Shown: positions 51,301-64,000 of the stretch, piece after piece
Position numbering within the stretch: the first letter of the stretch is position 1
Layout: the number at the start of each line of letters is the position of its first letter
NCBI GenBank assembly: GCA_030704615.1
Contig: CM060733.1
Span: forward strand, 34,286,001 to 34,350,000
DNA: 64,000 bases
From: Takakia lepidozioides
Taxonomy: Eukaryota > Plantae > Bryophyta
Reading direction: 5' to 3'
The notes under the pieces: model-generated
Database searches by the model: none
Seen by the model: the letters and a program-made list of their open reading frames with translations, nothing else
What the model was told of the DNA's origin: nothing
Position numbers and translations under genes: made by a program

Positions 51301-54300
51301 GTGCAGGAAATCCTCCCCAATGGTTGGCCAAAGGGTCTTAAAGAATTCAATCGGCAGGCCATCAAGGCCGGGACTTTTCTTAGAAGCCAAAGCATCCACT
51401 GCTTTGCCCAACTCTTCTTCAGAAAAAGGCTCTGCCATCTTGGCCTTATCCATAGAAGATAGCGAACATGGGATATTGTTCAGCAAAGTGCTTCTGGCTT
51501 CCTCCATCAGAGGTGATTGGGGTCTCTTTTCAAAGAGCTTCATGAAGAAATCAGCAGCAATGGTGGACATCTTCTTGGGGACAGAGGAGGGCAGACCCGA
51601 CACATCACGCAAGGAAGGAATGCTCCATGTTGAGCTGCCTTAGCAAAAAAATATTTAGACATTTTCTCCCCCTTGAGAGACCAATTAACCCCAGCCTTAA
51701 TTTTAATAAATTGTTCTCTATCATGGAATAGCAGCGAGAGGTTTTGCTTGGCAGCCTTATATGAGATGTAGGTTTGTGGATCGTCCCTGCCACTCTGCAT
51801 TTGGAACTGACAGACGTGTAGGCACTTTGTGAGAGCTTTTTCTTTTTGAGACTTCTCTTCTGTCATTTTCTTGGAGAGGTCTATGCAGATGTTCCTTAGA
51901 ATTTGGAGTTTGGAGAGAAAAAGGAGAGTGGGAGAGGAGAAGGGGAGGTCAGCAGAGGACCAGGCCCTTTGAAGAGTGGTCACGACCTCTGGGTCAGAGA
52001 GAAGAGCAGGGTTAAGCTTAAAGAAGCTTCTACCTCTCACTCTAGAACCTGGGGTATGAAGGGATATCTGGACAAGAGAGTGATCAAAACCTGGGGTGAT
52101 AGGAACAATAGGAGATCTGACTGACCAGTTCAACAGGTGGGCAGAGCAGTAAAACCTGTCTAGGCGAGGAAGCGCAAGGTTGGGAGACTGCCTATTGTTA
52201 GACCATGTATATTTGAGCTCATCCCTTTGTGGGGGGGAGGCGTCCAATAGACCAATGGCTAAGCAAAAGGAATCCCATGAGTCTCTTTCAATGGCTGAAA
52301 GGTTGTGATCATTAGGACTTGCTCTATCCTCATCTGTCTCAACCATATTAAAGTCATCTCCAATAACCCAATGTTGAATGTCAGTCAACTGCATAGTTTC
52401 GAGCCTCAACAAGGACCATAGATCAACACGTTCTAGTTCGTTATTTGGAGCATAGATATTTAGCAGCCCTACCTTCCCGATAGATGGGCCCAGGTTCATG
52501 ATGATAGATTGTACATGACCCTGAACCCATATGTCGTTTGACAGGATACTTGGGCTTAAGGAAGGAGAGACGAAAATAGCAGTTCCCCCTCTTGAGTCAG
52601 CAACCGTAGGGTTCCAGTAAGCGGAGATAGAGGGCCAGATAGAACTCCCTAGGGAGGTTATTTTAGCAAGGTCAAGCTTATGTTCTTGGAGAAAGACGAC
52701 GGAGGAGCGATTGAGAAGATTTGAGGCCCAGTGTTTGATCCTTGCCCTTTTTGGAGCCGAGTGATCAGAGCCTATATCTCTAATGTTCCAGCTAAAAATT
52801 GTGAAGTTCATGTAACCGCATTGATATGGCCCGCCATGTCTTGGCAATTTGATGGCCAGGTGGGAGCAAAGCGGAACTTGGTTTTCTTATCAGAGGGCTG
52901 CAATGTGTTGATCCACTTAAAGCCCTCAGGTAGAGGGAGGATCAAATGTAGCTTCCAAACAAAAATCTGCCTAGACCTCTTTCTTTTACTCAAAGAGTCT
53001 AGTTCTAAGAATTGACTTTTGTTATCAATCAGCATAAACAGCTCCTCCACAGGAAGCTCCCAAGCAAGAATAGAGGACAGGAAGCAAGCAGCCTTTTCAG
53101 AGAAAATGGAAATAGATTTTTCCAACGAGCCTAGCAGGACTTTGTGTTCCAGAGAATGGTGATCGAGGACTACTGACCAACCACGATTGATAGTGAAAGC
53201 ATCAGGAAAAAAGAAGATGAGTGGAGAGTAAGCATGAGCAGTTATGCTTACCGCCGGTGGTGAGTCCATTGTCTCCTCTGGCTGGACCAAATCTGTGTAT
53301 TTGTGGGCCTCATTGGAAGAGAGCAGCATGTGGTCTTGATTGTAGAGCACCATCTCCTTGTTGGGCTCTTTGTCCTCAGTGTTGATTGAGTCCACAATAG
53401 TCGGGGCTTTTTGTTTCTGCATGCTAGAGAGTTCAGCCACCATTTTCAGCCCTTCTTCCATGATGACAGAGCTGCGAGCCCATGCATTGGGATCAACAAC
53501 CTTGCAAGAAAGGCCAAACTTGTCCACCCCAAGTTCCAAATATAGGGTCGTCAGCGGCAGCCAGGTCTTCAAATTTGAAAATGGGTAGCACGTGGATGAC
53601 TGCCAAATTGACAAGAGCAGCATTATTCTCAACCATAACGCTTATGTGCTGCATGCGAGTTTGAGAGATGGATATGGGGGGGAAGAACTCCCTGAGCACT
53701 TGGTTTGTCAAGTGGAGAGCGAAGTCAGATGCTGGTCCACCAAACATATCTGCAGCCAAGGCTTCAGTGACCCATGCAGAGCAGAAGCCTTCTCTGCTGT
53801 TAGGGACAAAAAAGTTTGTGTAGTCGTCAAAGAATTTGTAAATGAGGGGGGTTACACAGACTGTTGCCCTGTCTTTGGCATAGGCAGTCCCGGGAGCCCA
53901 CCCTGCTAGAGGCCTCCTTGAGAATGAATGCAGCTCCAAAAATGCAGTGGCGAGGCTGTTGCTCTCCAAAGGATTCAACTCTTGTTCTGAGAATGGGTAG
54001 GAAGTCCATGCTTTTGGGATTCTGACCGGGGCCAGATCGTATGGGCGGTTAAGATGGATTCCAGTCGTCCCGTTCCCTTCATGCTTCCTTTTTTTGGCAG
54101 TGTGGCCCCTGTGTAACAACTCCGAGTTTACTTGCTGGTTGTCTCCCACAATGGCACCTGGCAATGAAGTTCTCATTGAGGAGCTGTCTTGTCATTTGGT
54201 ATAGCAGGCTGCTTGGAAACTTTCGAAAGCCTGTTTTTGCGCAGCTTCGGGTAGTTGGCCCGAATGTGACCCTCTCCGTTGCACAAAAAGCAAATTGTGG

Positions 54301-55000
54301 AGATGAGCTCCTCCTTGATTGAGATAACGTCCAAGGTGGGGAGCTTGATTGGAGACCCAATCGATTTGGACTCCGGCATGAGGACTACAATCTTTAACAC
54401 TCCGAGGCTTTGGTTTCCTCTGGTGAGCAGAAAAGGGCCAAGTAGAACCCCCTTCCCATCGAAAGGCAAAAGTGCTGAGCCAGCCCTCCGCCAGCACCTA
54501 AGTGTTGTACAATCCATCTTCTTACTGATGCCCTTGGCTTTAGCTTCCCTGGGAAATAGATTAGAACCCCCCTTAGGGTTAGCTTCTGCGTCTGCAATTT
54601 GAGCTTTTCTGTATCCAACTTTAGTACAGGCTGATCAGGGACGTCCTGAGGGATGGAGTCTTCCCACACCCCCTCATCCGAGAAAGGGGATTGTGCATTG
54701 ATGGTGGGACTCGGGCCTTTGCCCAAAATTGAATCCCCTGAGCCGATAGAGTTGGTGTTGTTTTTTATTATCCAAGAAGTCTTTCCTCCTTTGGCAGTGA
54801 GCGCTGAGCTGTTGCGCATTGCTGAGCTCCCGTTGTTCCCTCTTTTGCTTGCGGTGCCTCGAGATCTCATTTTTGTGGCCTAGCTAAGAGAGAGACGTCA
54901 GCCAACACCTGGCACAAGTGAGCAAAGAGAACCTCTTTCCCCTCTCCTGATCTTTCTATAGAGTCACTGATAAGACTTTCAGGGAAAAGAAGAGAAACTG
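48370..55000 (-). mobile_element. Near full-length, frameshifted L1-like LINE (ORF1 with zinc knuckle; ORF2 with APE and RT)
   Basis: ORF1 pieces at 54870-52808 (MGRGFYL, CFLCNGEGH). APE at 52847-51540 (SWNIR, FLQEHKL, NIYAPN, RLDRF). RT at 51612-50060 (KSPGLDGLP, YRPITLLN, LDFEKAFD, YADDT). The 3' UTR has a ~160-bp duplication (48636/48797). Ends are approximate. Confidence 0.92.
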
Positions 55001-55859
55001 AAACAGCTAAGCAACCAAGGGGCAAGGTGAATAAGCGGTAAGAGTGCTGAGAACCTTATCAGCTGAGAGAAAAGACAGGAATAAGGAGCCGAGGGAATTG
55101 ATCACTTTCCTGCTTTCGGCGGCTGGAAATTAGAAAGCTGCCAGGATCTAAGCATGCGGAAGTAAAATCGCCGACATTGGCCTTTTCAACACCGCATACT
55201 TTCTCGCTGCACGAGGAGAGGGGGTTGTCGCCATGAGATGGGGATTGCAACAAATATAATTGTGCTCTTAAATACTTTGCAGAGGATGGCGGCTTCTGCA
55301 GAGATAAGGAGCGACATATTATGTGAACTTGGGAGGACGTGCAATGGCGTGCAATGGCGGCCCATAAATGGCAGTAGAGATCAGAGGAGGGAGCTTGTGG
55401 ATGATAGCAGGGAGAGAGGGGATGCCCGCGGTAGGAAGAGAGAAGGGAGAAGGGGGAAAACGTGAGGATGGAGCAAATTTCTATTTGTTCATTAGAGAGA
55501 AAGAGGGGTTAGGGCATTGCCATCAAGACGTCAAGACGTCATATCTGTCTTGAGGAGTTACTGAAAGCTGCACCTAGCTTCAGTTCACGTCAGATTGGGA
55601 GAGGGGTTCAGGGTGCATCAGCGGGAGAGAGCTTGGGGAAAAAAAACTAAGTCCCCAGCTCTCTCACCGCAATCTGCGGAGCCCCATGTACCATCGGGAA
55701 CATCCCCCTACGAATTTCCAAAAACAATCCTTTGTATTTCCAGTGGGCTTATTTCATGGAATATAGTGCCACGTTGCTAGAATGGCTTACGGAGTGTAAG
55801 CACCTCGCGCGAGTGGCTTATAATCTCCGTAACGCTCCTTGCCAGACTGGCAAGGCACT

Positions 55860-56650
55860 TTCATTTTGAAAATTCTTTACATATTAGGGAATGGGCAAGC
55901 CGCTGGTGACCCCGCAGGGTAAGTTGCCTGGCGCGCCCATTCCTTATCGTTAAGGAGTTTTGCTTTGTAGGTACATGTGTATTGCAATTGCCGATAGAAT
56001 GGGTTGGGGTGGTCAGTAGGGTTGTAACCTGCAAATAGAAGACAAGTGGTTTGAAAATAGAAAATACAAATCTGAATCCACTTATCAACTAGCAACTAAA
56101 CCTAGTGCACTTCAAGCTTCACTCATAGCACATTGGAGCATCATATCCATGATCTTCAAACAACTCCTCCATGTCTTGTTGTTCATGAATATCTTCACAA
56201 CCGTCCTCCAAGTTGGAAAACAAGGAAGCATGTGCATTTGATTCCATAGCCTCTGCTTGAAAACCTTTGTCAAATGCCATCAACAACCCACACTTGCCCC
56301 ACCCTTTCACAATCATCTCTGTCTGACATCCCACAACTTTCCAAGTATCCAGAAGCCAAGTACACAACTTCTTACGTAGTGTACCTATTCTGAGATCAAG
56401 CTGAACATTTAAGACACCATTCTCAATTTGATATTGAATTGATGCTACCGACCATTGCTTGAACGGTGTTGTGAAACCACATTTCAAAAGCAGATGAAGA
56501 ATGACATCTGCAAGTTGGAGCTTTGATGTGCAATTTGCAGGAATAAATAGCACACAAATATATGGGAACTCTTTCTTCATCCACGCAAGAAATGATTTAT
56601 GGACGAACCAGCAATCTATAAGCCAAATCGGATGACATAAATATCGGGTG
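55860..56650 (-). mobile_element. pogo/Tc1-type DDE transposase remnant
   Basis: DCW.VH...F..WM......VLFIPANCTSKLQ.AD...I.KGW.KCG pattern. Confidence 0.65.
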
Positions 56651-59235
56651 ACGTAAGAGATTGCACAAAAGGTTTTCTAGAGCAGGGGCATGTAATCCAT
56701 TGAAGAATTCAAAATAATACATAATATATAGAGCAGTTTGATTCGGCCCTGATTGTAGAGTGGTCCAGGAATTACTGTGGCCCAGGAATTAGAGTGGGGC
56801 GCTTATGTAGGAAGGCCACGTGTATTAAGGAATGAGATGAGAGGGTCCAAAAAAAGAAGGGAGGAATTGGCTGAATTTAGAATAGAGAGTCTTGTAGGAT
56901 TGACATGTGTCCAACGCCTTCTAGAAGTGTCCGAGGGTTGGTGGGCTTCTAGAAGGGTCCCACCCCCCTGAGAGGGTATATAAGGGAGCCCCCCCCCCCC
57001 TCTTACTACCTACTAAATTAATAAATAGTGGGCTCTGCAAAGGCAGGGCCCCCAAAAAAAAAAGCAAATAGCAAACATGAATTAATTAATTAATTGAAAC
57101 GTGAATGTCAATTTAGAATATTGACATGGTTTGGGGTGGGTATACTTTGCAGATCTGGAATACCTCATCTGCAAGACTAGTTCACTCGAATGACCGCTGG
57201 CCAACCATTGGGCAATGTGCTACTTGTTGGGGTGCAAATGGTTTGCCCTTTACATAAGTAATGACATCTTCACATGCCTCAGCCAACCCTACTAGATAGA
57301 GCCAAAGCTCCTCCAAAAGAAAACTGTCCTTTTCAATGTGGCTATTCTTGTGAACAGCCCTTGTCGAGAGCTGCGCTGTTTTGAACAGTCTTTGAAAACC
57401 ATAAACATGACATGATCCTCACCTGTAGCTAGGTCAGATCATATGTGCATAGACCCATAAACACTACTTGAAGCTGGCAACGACGAGATAAATGGGGGAG
57501 AGTTTTATTACAGGAGTTGGTATCACCTAGCAATCGCACCTAGCTCTAGGGAGGAAAGTGGACACTGGACACCTTTTGTGACACCTATAGGTAGATTGAA
57601 CCCAAAACCACTTCGAAGGTGGTATGTTTGCATGACCAGTGGGCTACAACTTGGTTGTCACCCTTGCCCATGGTGTATTTAAGCTCAGCTAGCCCCAATC
57701 TCTTGTGGCACTTGTAGATCAATCCCTTTTGTGGCCCTTTTGTGGCGCTTCCAATATAGCTTGTGCTCCAACCATCCTCTATACAATCTTAGTTTTTGGA
57801 GCAGTTGTGTTATGTAGCTAAGTTACCTTGGATTATTTTATCAATATTACAAGCAATGTTGAATATATCATTCATATATCTTGAACATGTAACTAGACAA
57901 ACAATATAAATATACATATATTTGACTATACCGGGCATAAATGAGAATTTTTATTATTTATTTATATCCTTCAAATCCACTAGCAGCAATGTACCCTTAA
58001 CCGGAGGGTAAATGTAAGATTGAAAATACAGAAAAGACTGCGATGGCGCAGCGGAGGAGCTCCGCAGTTCGTGGTGAGAGAGCGAGGCCCCCAACGGTCT
58101 CTTCGTCTCTTCGTCTCTCTCGTTGCATCGCCATCCCGATCGATTCTGACTGGACTGTACCAGCAGTCCACGGATTATTCTGTCCTAACCTTTATTCCTT
58201 GCACTAAGTTTCATAAATCAGATTTGCTCTTTGCACTTGCTTCTTGCACTTGGTTTAAGCTTCTTGCACTTGTTTTAACATCATCCTTCTTCTTAATCAT
58301 CACCTTCACATATTAACATCATCATACGTCCTTCATCGTCCTGACCCACCATCTTAACTTCTAAGGCAATATGCGGTGCCATTCATCAACCTCTGGCTTC
58401 CCACGCCTCTGCTAAAGCCGTCACCTTCAAGTCCTATAATTTCATCCCTGCCACCTGGTCGGCTCCCCCAGCTGCCATCCCCCTCCCCCCGCTAGTCTAC
58501 CTCTACTAAGCTTCTCCTCGCTCCCTCGTCACCAGCTCTCATTGCCCTTAACTCGCAATGCTCAGCTCTTGCTTCCTCTACCGGTACCCTCCTCCACAAC
58601 CTTGCTCTATCTCTTGCCATGGGGCCACTCGACGCATCCCACCTCGGACACAGCAGTAAGCCATGGAAGTGTTCCCTTTCAGGGCCCTCCAGACTCCCGC
58701 ACTCGTTTCACCCGCATCCCTCCTTAGGAATGGGCTTCTTCTTGGCCCACCAGGCTCAGTCATCCTTTCCTCCGCGGCCTCAGCTAGTGGAGCCCACCCC
58801 TCCAGCGCGCATCATCGTCCCTGCAGTTCAAGCTCATCCACAATTGGGCAGGCTATCCTTCGAACTTCAGCCATTCGCGGACCCACCACCCTCCACGGAT
58901 CTCTTGATCTCATCAACGACGGTGCAGAGGAATAGGAGGCAATGACTGGAGAATTTCCCATGGCAGATATCGACATCGACGACCTTTTCATCAAGGTGAC
59001 TGAATTTGAAGAAAGTGGAATCCTGGTCCACTTTCGAGGGAAAAAGGTCTCTTGGGCCTATATAAGGGAATGGGCCATTCGTCATCTCGGAGGTTCGGGC
59101 GAATTGAAACAGCATTTATGTCATGCCAAAGGTAGGGGATTCTTCTCTATCGTTTTTGAAACCCATGAGGCGGCAGCTCAAGCCTTGAACTTCAACCCCC
59201 ACCTCATAGGCATGAATGTTAATATCTTTCCATGG

Positions 59236-60962
59236 AGAGCAGCAAAGCCGTGAGCAGAACCCGTGAGCAGATTTCTTTATGCATGAGCAGATTCCCCGAA
59301 GTGTGAGCAGATTGAAAAGTGAGCAGATTACTGATGCAGACCCTAAAACCGAGGGAACAAGTGGGCCTATTGCCGTGGACGCAAACTCCACTGCAACGAC
59401 GCAATCTCCTCTCCATCGGACCGAAGACAGACAAGCTCCATGACGACAATGTGGCACAAATGTGCGATGAAAAATTGACGGATGAATGTATCTGTGATGA
59501 ATGTAAAAGGGAATGGATGAACATTGGATGAACGTTGGATGAGTGTCGGATGAAAAATTGCCCAGATGAGTGAACCATGGATGACTGCAACAACGTGTAT
59601 CCTTACCGATAAGCTTGAGCGCATGGATCCATGTGTTGTTGAGTTTAAATAAGTGTATTTTAATTTGGCGGAAGCTTAATTCCAGCCAAGAAGACCAGGG
59701 AAAAAACAAGAAAAAAAAAATGTTAATTTTTATTTTTTTGCTTTTTGAAAAACTTGCAAATGAACCCAACCCCTGTTTTGCAAGCTAAAAACCTAGCGTT
59801 TACCCAGCATGGATTTCTAGTCACTAGAAAGAAGGACATGACAATGAATCATAAGTTTTGTAGTCCGAGCAATTTGTACATGCCATTCATCCCAAATAGC
59901 ACACCAGAAGATCAGCCAGAATAAGGTGACGTTGACGACACTTTAATCTGGACGACACCTTAATCTGGCACATTCGGAGAAAAAATAACTAACTAAATAA
60001 ATAAATAATGGAAAACTTGCAAATAAACCCATCCCCTGCTTTGCAAGCAAAAGACTTGGCGTTTACCCAACATGGATTTCTGGTCACCTGGAAGAAGGAC
60101 ATGACAACGAATCATAAGTTATGTGGTCCGAGCAATTTGTAATGTCATTCACCCCAAATAGCACACCAGAAGACCAGCCAGATTAAGGCTGGCACATTTG
60201 GGGGAAAATAATAATAATAAAAATAAATATGGGAGAACTTGCAAATGAACCCAACCCCTACTTTGCAAACAAAAGACCTGGCGTTTACCCAGCATGGATT
60301 TTCTGGTCACCTGGAAGAAGGCATGACAACGAATCATAAGTTATGTGGTCCGAGCAACTTGTAGATGCTATTCACCCCAAATAGCACACCAGAATACCAG
60401 CCAGATTAAGGTGTCGTCAATGACACCTGGCACATTCGGGAATATATATATATATATATATATATATGGAAAACTTGCAAAATGAACCTAACCCCTGCTT
60501 TGCAAGCAAAAGACATGGTGTTTACCCAGCATGGATTTCTGGTCACATGGAAGAAGGACATGACAACGAATCATAAGTTATGTGGTCCGAGCAATTTGTA
60601 GATGCCATCCACCTCAAATAGCACATCAGAAGACCAGCCAGATTAAGGTGTTGTTGACGACACCTTAATCTGGCACATTTGGAAAAATAAAATAAAAATA
60701 AATAAAAATTATAACTACTGAAAATTGCTTTCTAATTTTGCATTCATCCACAAACTACATTTATCCATGTGTCATTCGTCCAACATACATTCATCGCCCA
60801 TTCATCCATAACGATGAATTGGTATGCATGTTGTACTGGACACTACCCGCAGTAATAGGTCCTCTAAGCCAAATAGGTGTCCGCGGTTATAGGTGAGCAG
60901 ATCCTGAAGCGTGAGCAGAATTTGGCTCACGGAATTTTTCGCTCACGCTTTAGCAATCCCCT
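59236..60962. mobile_element. Non-autonomous Mutator-like element with 9-bp TSD
   Basis: TTTCCATGG duplicated at 59227-59235 and 60963-60971. Imperfect TIRs AGAGCAGCAAAGCCGTGAGC / GCTCACGCTTTAGCAATCCCCT. Subterminal GTGAGCAGA repeats. Confidence 0.75.
59748..60705. repeat. Four-copy ~220-260 bp tandem repeat inside the Mutator-like element
   Basis: The aacttgcaaat.aaccc anchor recurs at ~59750, 60012, 60235 and 60470. Confidence 0.9.
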
Positions 60963-62633
60963 TTTCCATGGTCTTCCGGATGGGAAACAGGAATGGCAAG
61001 CTTTGGGGGCCAAGAATAATTTCTGTCCCCTTTATCCCAGACCAGTATCTGTTTAAACTTCCAGATATAGCCAAACTTTTTGGGTTTTACCTTTGTTGCA
61101 TTTCAGTCTTTGATCCCTTCATGAGTACTGAAGAAAAACTCAATGATACTGGCAGTGCCAAATTCGTTGTTATGATGCCTAATGAGGATACCCTCCCACC
61201 CTTCGTAAGGCTACCCATTGACAAGAAGGACAACTACTACACCATCAGGCTTGTGGAGGACATCTCATCTTCGACATGTTTCAACTGTGGCAAGGTGGGA
61301 TATCTCAAAGTTGACTGCAAGGAAGGGAAAAGGAAAAGAGTAGGAGGCAGGAATAGGCCTCCATCCCCAGCTAAACCGATTCTCCTCTCTGGAGATAGGA
61401 CTCTTCCTGTGAGGCCGGTCCGAGCTGCCGCCACAAGCTCCCCCAACCCTTCAGACGACCCAGCTGATTTGTTGCAAATCAAAAGTCCCATGGAAGCTGC
61501 GGGGTCGGAGCCACAATTCACCAGCCCCTCTCTTCCAGTCCCAGAAAAGCACAGGGAATCCATGGACCCAATGAGAATGGAATCTACACATGTCAAGGCT
61601 CCATGGAGCAACAAGGGCAAATGGGTCCCAATGGGAGGGCTGCATACACCTACCTCACCACCGGTTGCCTCAGGCATTCTTCCAAAGGGGCCCTCGCAAC
61701 ACTCTACATCTACAATATTGCTAACTGGCATAGCAAACCACTCGGCCATAGCCACAGCACTTGGAAGCATCAGATCGTTTCCTCACCTGACTCTCCGCAG
61801 CTCCACGAAGGTTAACTCTGAAGAAAGTCCGCATGCCTCATGCATCACCCCTCTGATCTCTAGGAAATGACTGCCACAGTCTTTCCTCGTTACAGAGGTT
61901 GCATAGGATGGTTTGCTTCGCTTTGGGTCACTGTTCAGGATGTTCACCAATTCTTTGCAAACTGCTCACCCAATAGATGTCCCAAAGATATGATAAGGAA
62001 AAAAAAATCAAGAATTCCTGCTAGCTAAACTGCCCCATTATCACATGGCTGGTACCACCAAAGTCTCATGGGGATCATTTCTAGTCAAATTCCCGGGACT
62101 TAGCTATAACCCGGTGGCTCATATTCTGGCATTAATGGAAGAGGCTGACATCTATGGGTACGGGGATCATCGTGGGTGAAGAAAAGCATCCTTTTGGGAG
62201 CCATGGGGTACTGCCAAGCTGAAACCACGCTACAGGGAAACACTCATCAATGCCTTCGACATTCTCGAGGCAATTCTGGAAGCAGAGGTGGATGAAGACA
62301 ATCACAGGAGGGATCTTCAGAGGACTCGTGATCACCTTTATGGAGCTAGGCCAGCACCCTCCCCATCCTCCTCCTCCAGTGTCTCGGGGCGCTCTTTGGT
62401 ACTTGCACCTTCAATGCCCAGTCAGCCTGCAGCTAATGACCCATCTGAGCAAGGCGTTTCTCCGTCCCCAAGCTCTGATGCCCTGGTTCCTTCAACGCTC
62501 ACCCCGCCCCCCTACCTCCTGCTCCCCAGTCCAACGAGAAGGAAGATATTAGATCAACATTGACCAGGTTCCCTCCCCCCTCCACCCTTGCTTTATTTTC
62601 TATGCTGATAAAATTGACTCTAAACGATGTTGG

Positions 62634-62960
62634 GTGCAACAAGCCTGGGTAGAGGCTTTTGTACCGTCAGGAGAGGAGGACAGTGCGGGGATTGCACCAG
62701 GACCACCTCAGTTGTCACCATTGGACACCACACCGATCGTGTGGCAGTATCCAGATGAAGGCATTTGTCTTCTGGACTTGTTTGGCAGGTTCAGCACCGG
62801 ATTGGCTGTTGTGTTACAGGCAGGTGTACGAGTTCGGCGTTACATGTATGTGGAGAGGGATGAGACTGCACGACGCGTTTCACTTCGCCATGTTGCTCAG
62901 TTGGTGTAGCAGTACCCTGAGTTGTTGCCGGTGTCTGCAGTTCGTGGATATCGCTGTGAT
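62634..62960 (+). pseudogene. Cytosine-5 DNA methyltransferase-like N-terminal fragment, probably from a retrotransposon
   Basis: GICLLDLFGRFSTGL (motif I, FxGxG-like) and RRYMYVERDETAR (motif II-like). In-frame stop at 62907, then QYPELLP. Confidence 0.55.
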
Positions 62961-63119
62961 TTTTCATCCGATAACGCGATAGTTCATACGCTGACGAGAT
63001 TTCATCCTCCGGCGCAGTTTCATCCACTGCATCCGATTCTCATCCATGAGCGCCGATTTTCATCCACTGGCTCAATAGTTCATCCGATTGGACAATGGTG
63101 GTGCTCCCAACTCTGGGGC

Positions 63120-63235
63120 AATGTTCCCACACGTTCCTATGTGTTCCCACAAGTTCCTAAGGAGTTCCCAAGCGTTCTCACGTGTTCCCAAGGAGTTTAC
63201 ATGCGTTCCCAAGCGTTCCCACGCGTTCCCAAGAG
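63120..63235. repeat. Degenerate ~11-bp GTTCCC-containing tandem repeat
   Basis: About ten gttccc/gttcct units read directly. Confidence 0.7.
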
Positions 63236-64000
63236 TGCCTCTAACTCCCTGAGCAAGCTATTTGCCACACAACAAGCTCTCTTTCTCCATAGAACTTATT
63301 GAAACAAGTATAGAACAAGCTATTGAGCTTTCTATGGCATACGCTCTTCTAGCCATCGCATGCACTCATAGTGCTTCCTTCCATGGCCATAGTGCACCTC
63401 TTAGAGCTCATAATCCAGCCCTGCACTTACCACTTCCATAGACATGCTCTTCCCAAGCTTGGGATTGAAACCCCAACTCAAAGCATGCTCTACAAATACA
63501 TTATTCTGCCCCAAAGAGAAATCAGATGTCTACCTCCACTCATAGCTCTCATAAGCTTGAAGTTGAAGACTCCCACAAGCTGAAACCATGCTCCACACAT
63601 GCACCGCTTGCTTCCTTAACACCCGAGCTCTTCTTGAACTCCTCAAACCCTGCAACACTTGCAGAACAAGAGTTTCTTCACAAGCTCTCAAACTTTTCAA
63701 TGGGGCTCTCCTTAAAGACCTCCTCTTGTATATAAACACCACAAGACTTTCTTCTTGCAAACCCTGTAACACCTTGTAACTTAAGAGCTATCTATCAAGC
63801 TCTCTTCCACACACAAGTGCTAATTATGCTAACACCTTGCACTCATAGATGTAAGCAGGTCTTCTTCTAGTGATACAAAAATGGTGAAAAGAGGAGAAAC
63901 CACTCTATCACGTTATATAAGTCAAACCAATGGCACCTTTGCTAAAGGACTCCACCATACAGACCTCACCCACTCTCCATCTCAAGTACTAGAGCTATGG

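Larger units (their letters stand above)
58330..62560 (+). mobile_element. Degraded LINE ORF1 (gag-like) region interrupted by a TIR element
   Basis: ORF 58942-59253 (KGRGFFSIVF...IFPW) continues after 60971. Knuckle CFNCGKVGYLKVDC in ORF 60911-61870. No ORF2 seen. Confidence 0.65.

Noticed and set aside
59748-60705. Possible CRISPR-like array
   Set aside because: Whole ~240-bp units repeat with no unique spacers, in a eukaryotic TE context.

Overview
Nuclear genomic DNA of a non-seed land plant. A bryophyte is inferred from gene style and transposon content; the species cannot be determined from sequence alone. Apparently intact spliced genes: ELC/VPS23 (8907-10655 +), MBF1 (20945-22544 +), a secreted PHI-1/EXORDIUM protein spliced to a CUB-like exon (26404-29013 -), a GH19 chitinase-like gene (40190-41798 -) and two paralogous PLS-class PPR-DYW genes (33890-38478 - and 43263-47500 -). 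The main finding is hidden by the ORF track. Splicing the small upstream exons by hand shows that both PPR-DYW proteins carry two N-terminal PDF motifs, the ssDNA-binding module of organellar OSB proteins. The architecture is N-terminal leader, PDF, PDF, PLS array, E1/E2, DYW deaminase. The rest of the window holds a split and inverted PHT1 pseudogene, an LRR-kinase remnant, a minisatellite derived from a PPR fragment, and many transposon pieces: Gypsy integrase+PHD, a DNA-methyltransferase-like fragment, an RNaseH+RLE (Dualen-like) LINE, three L1-like LINE pieces, a pogo-like DDE remnant, and hAT-, Mutator- and piggyBac-like non-autonomous elements. All exon boundaries were read by eye and need RNA-seq confirmation.
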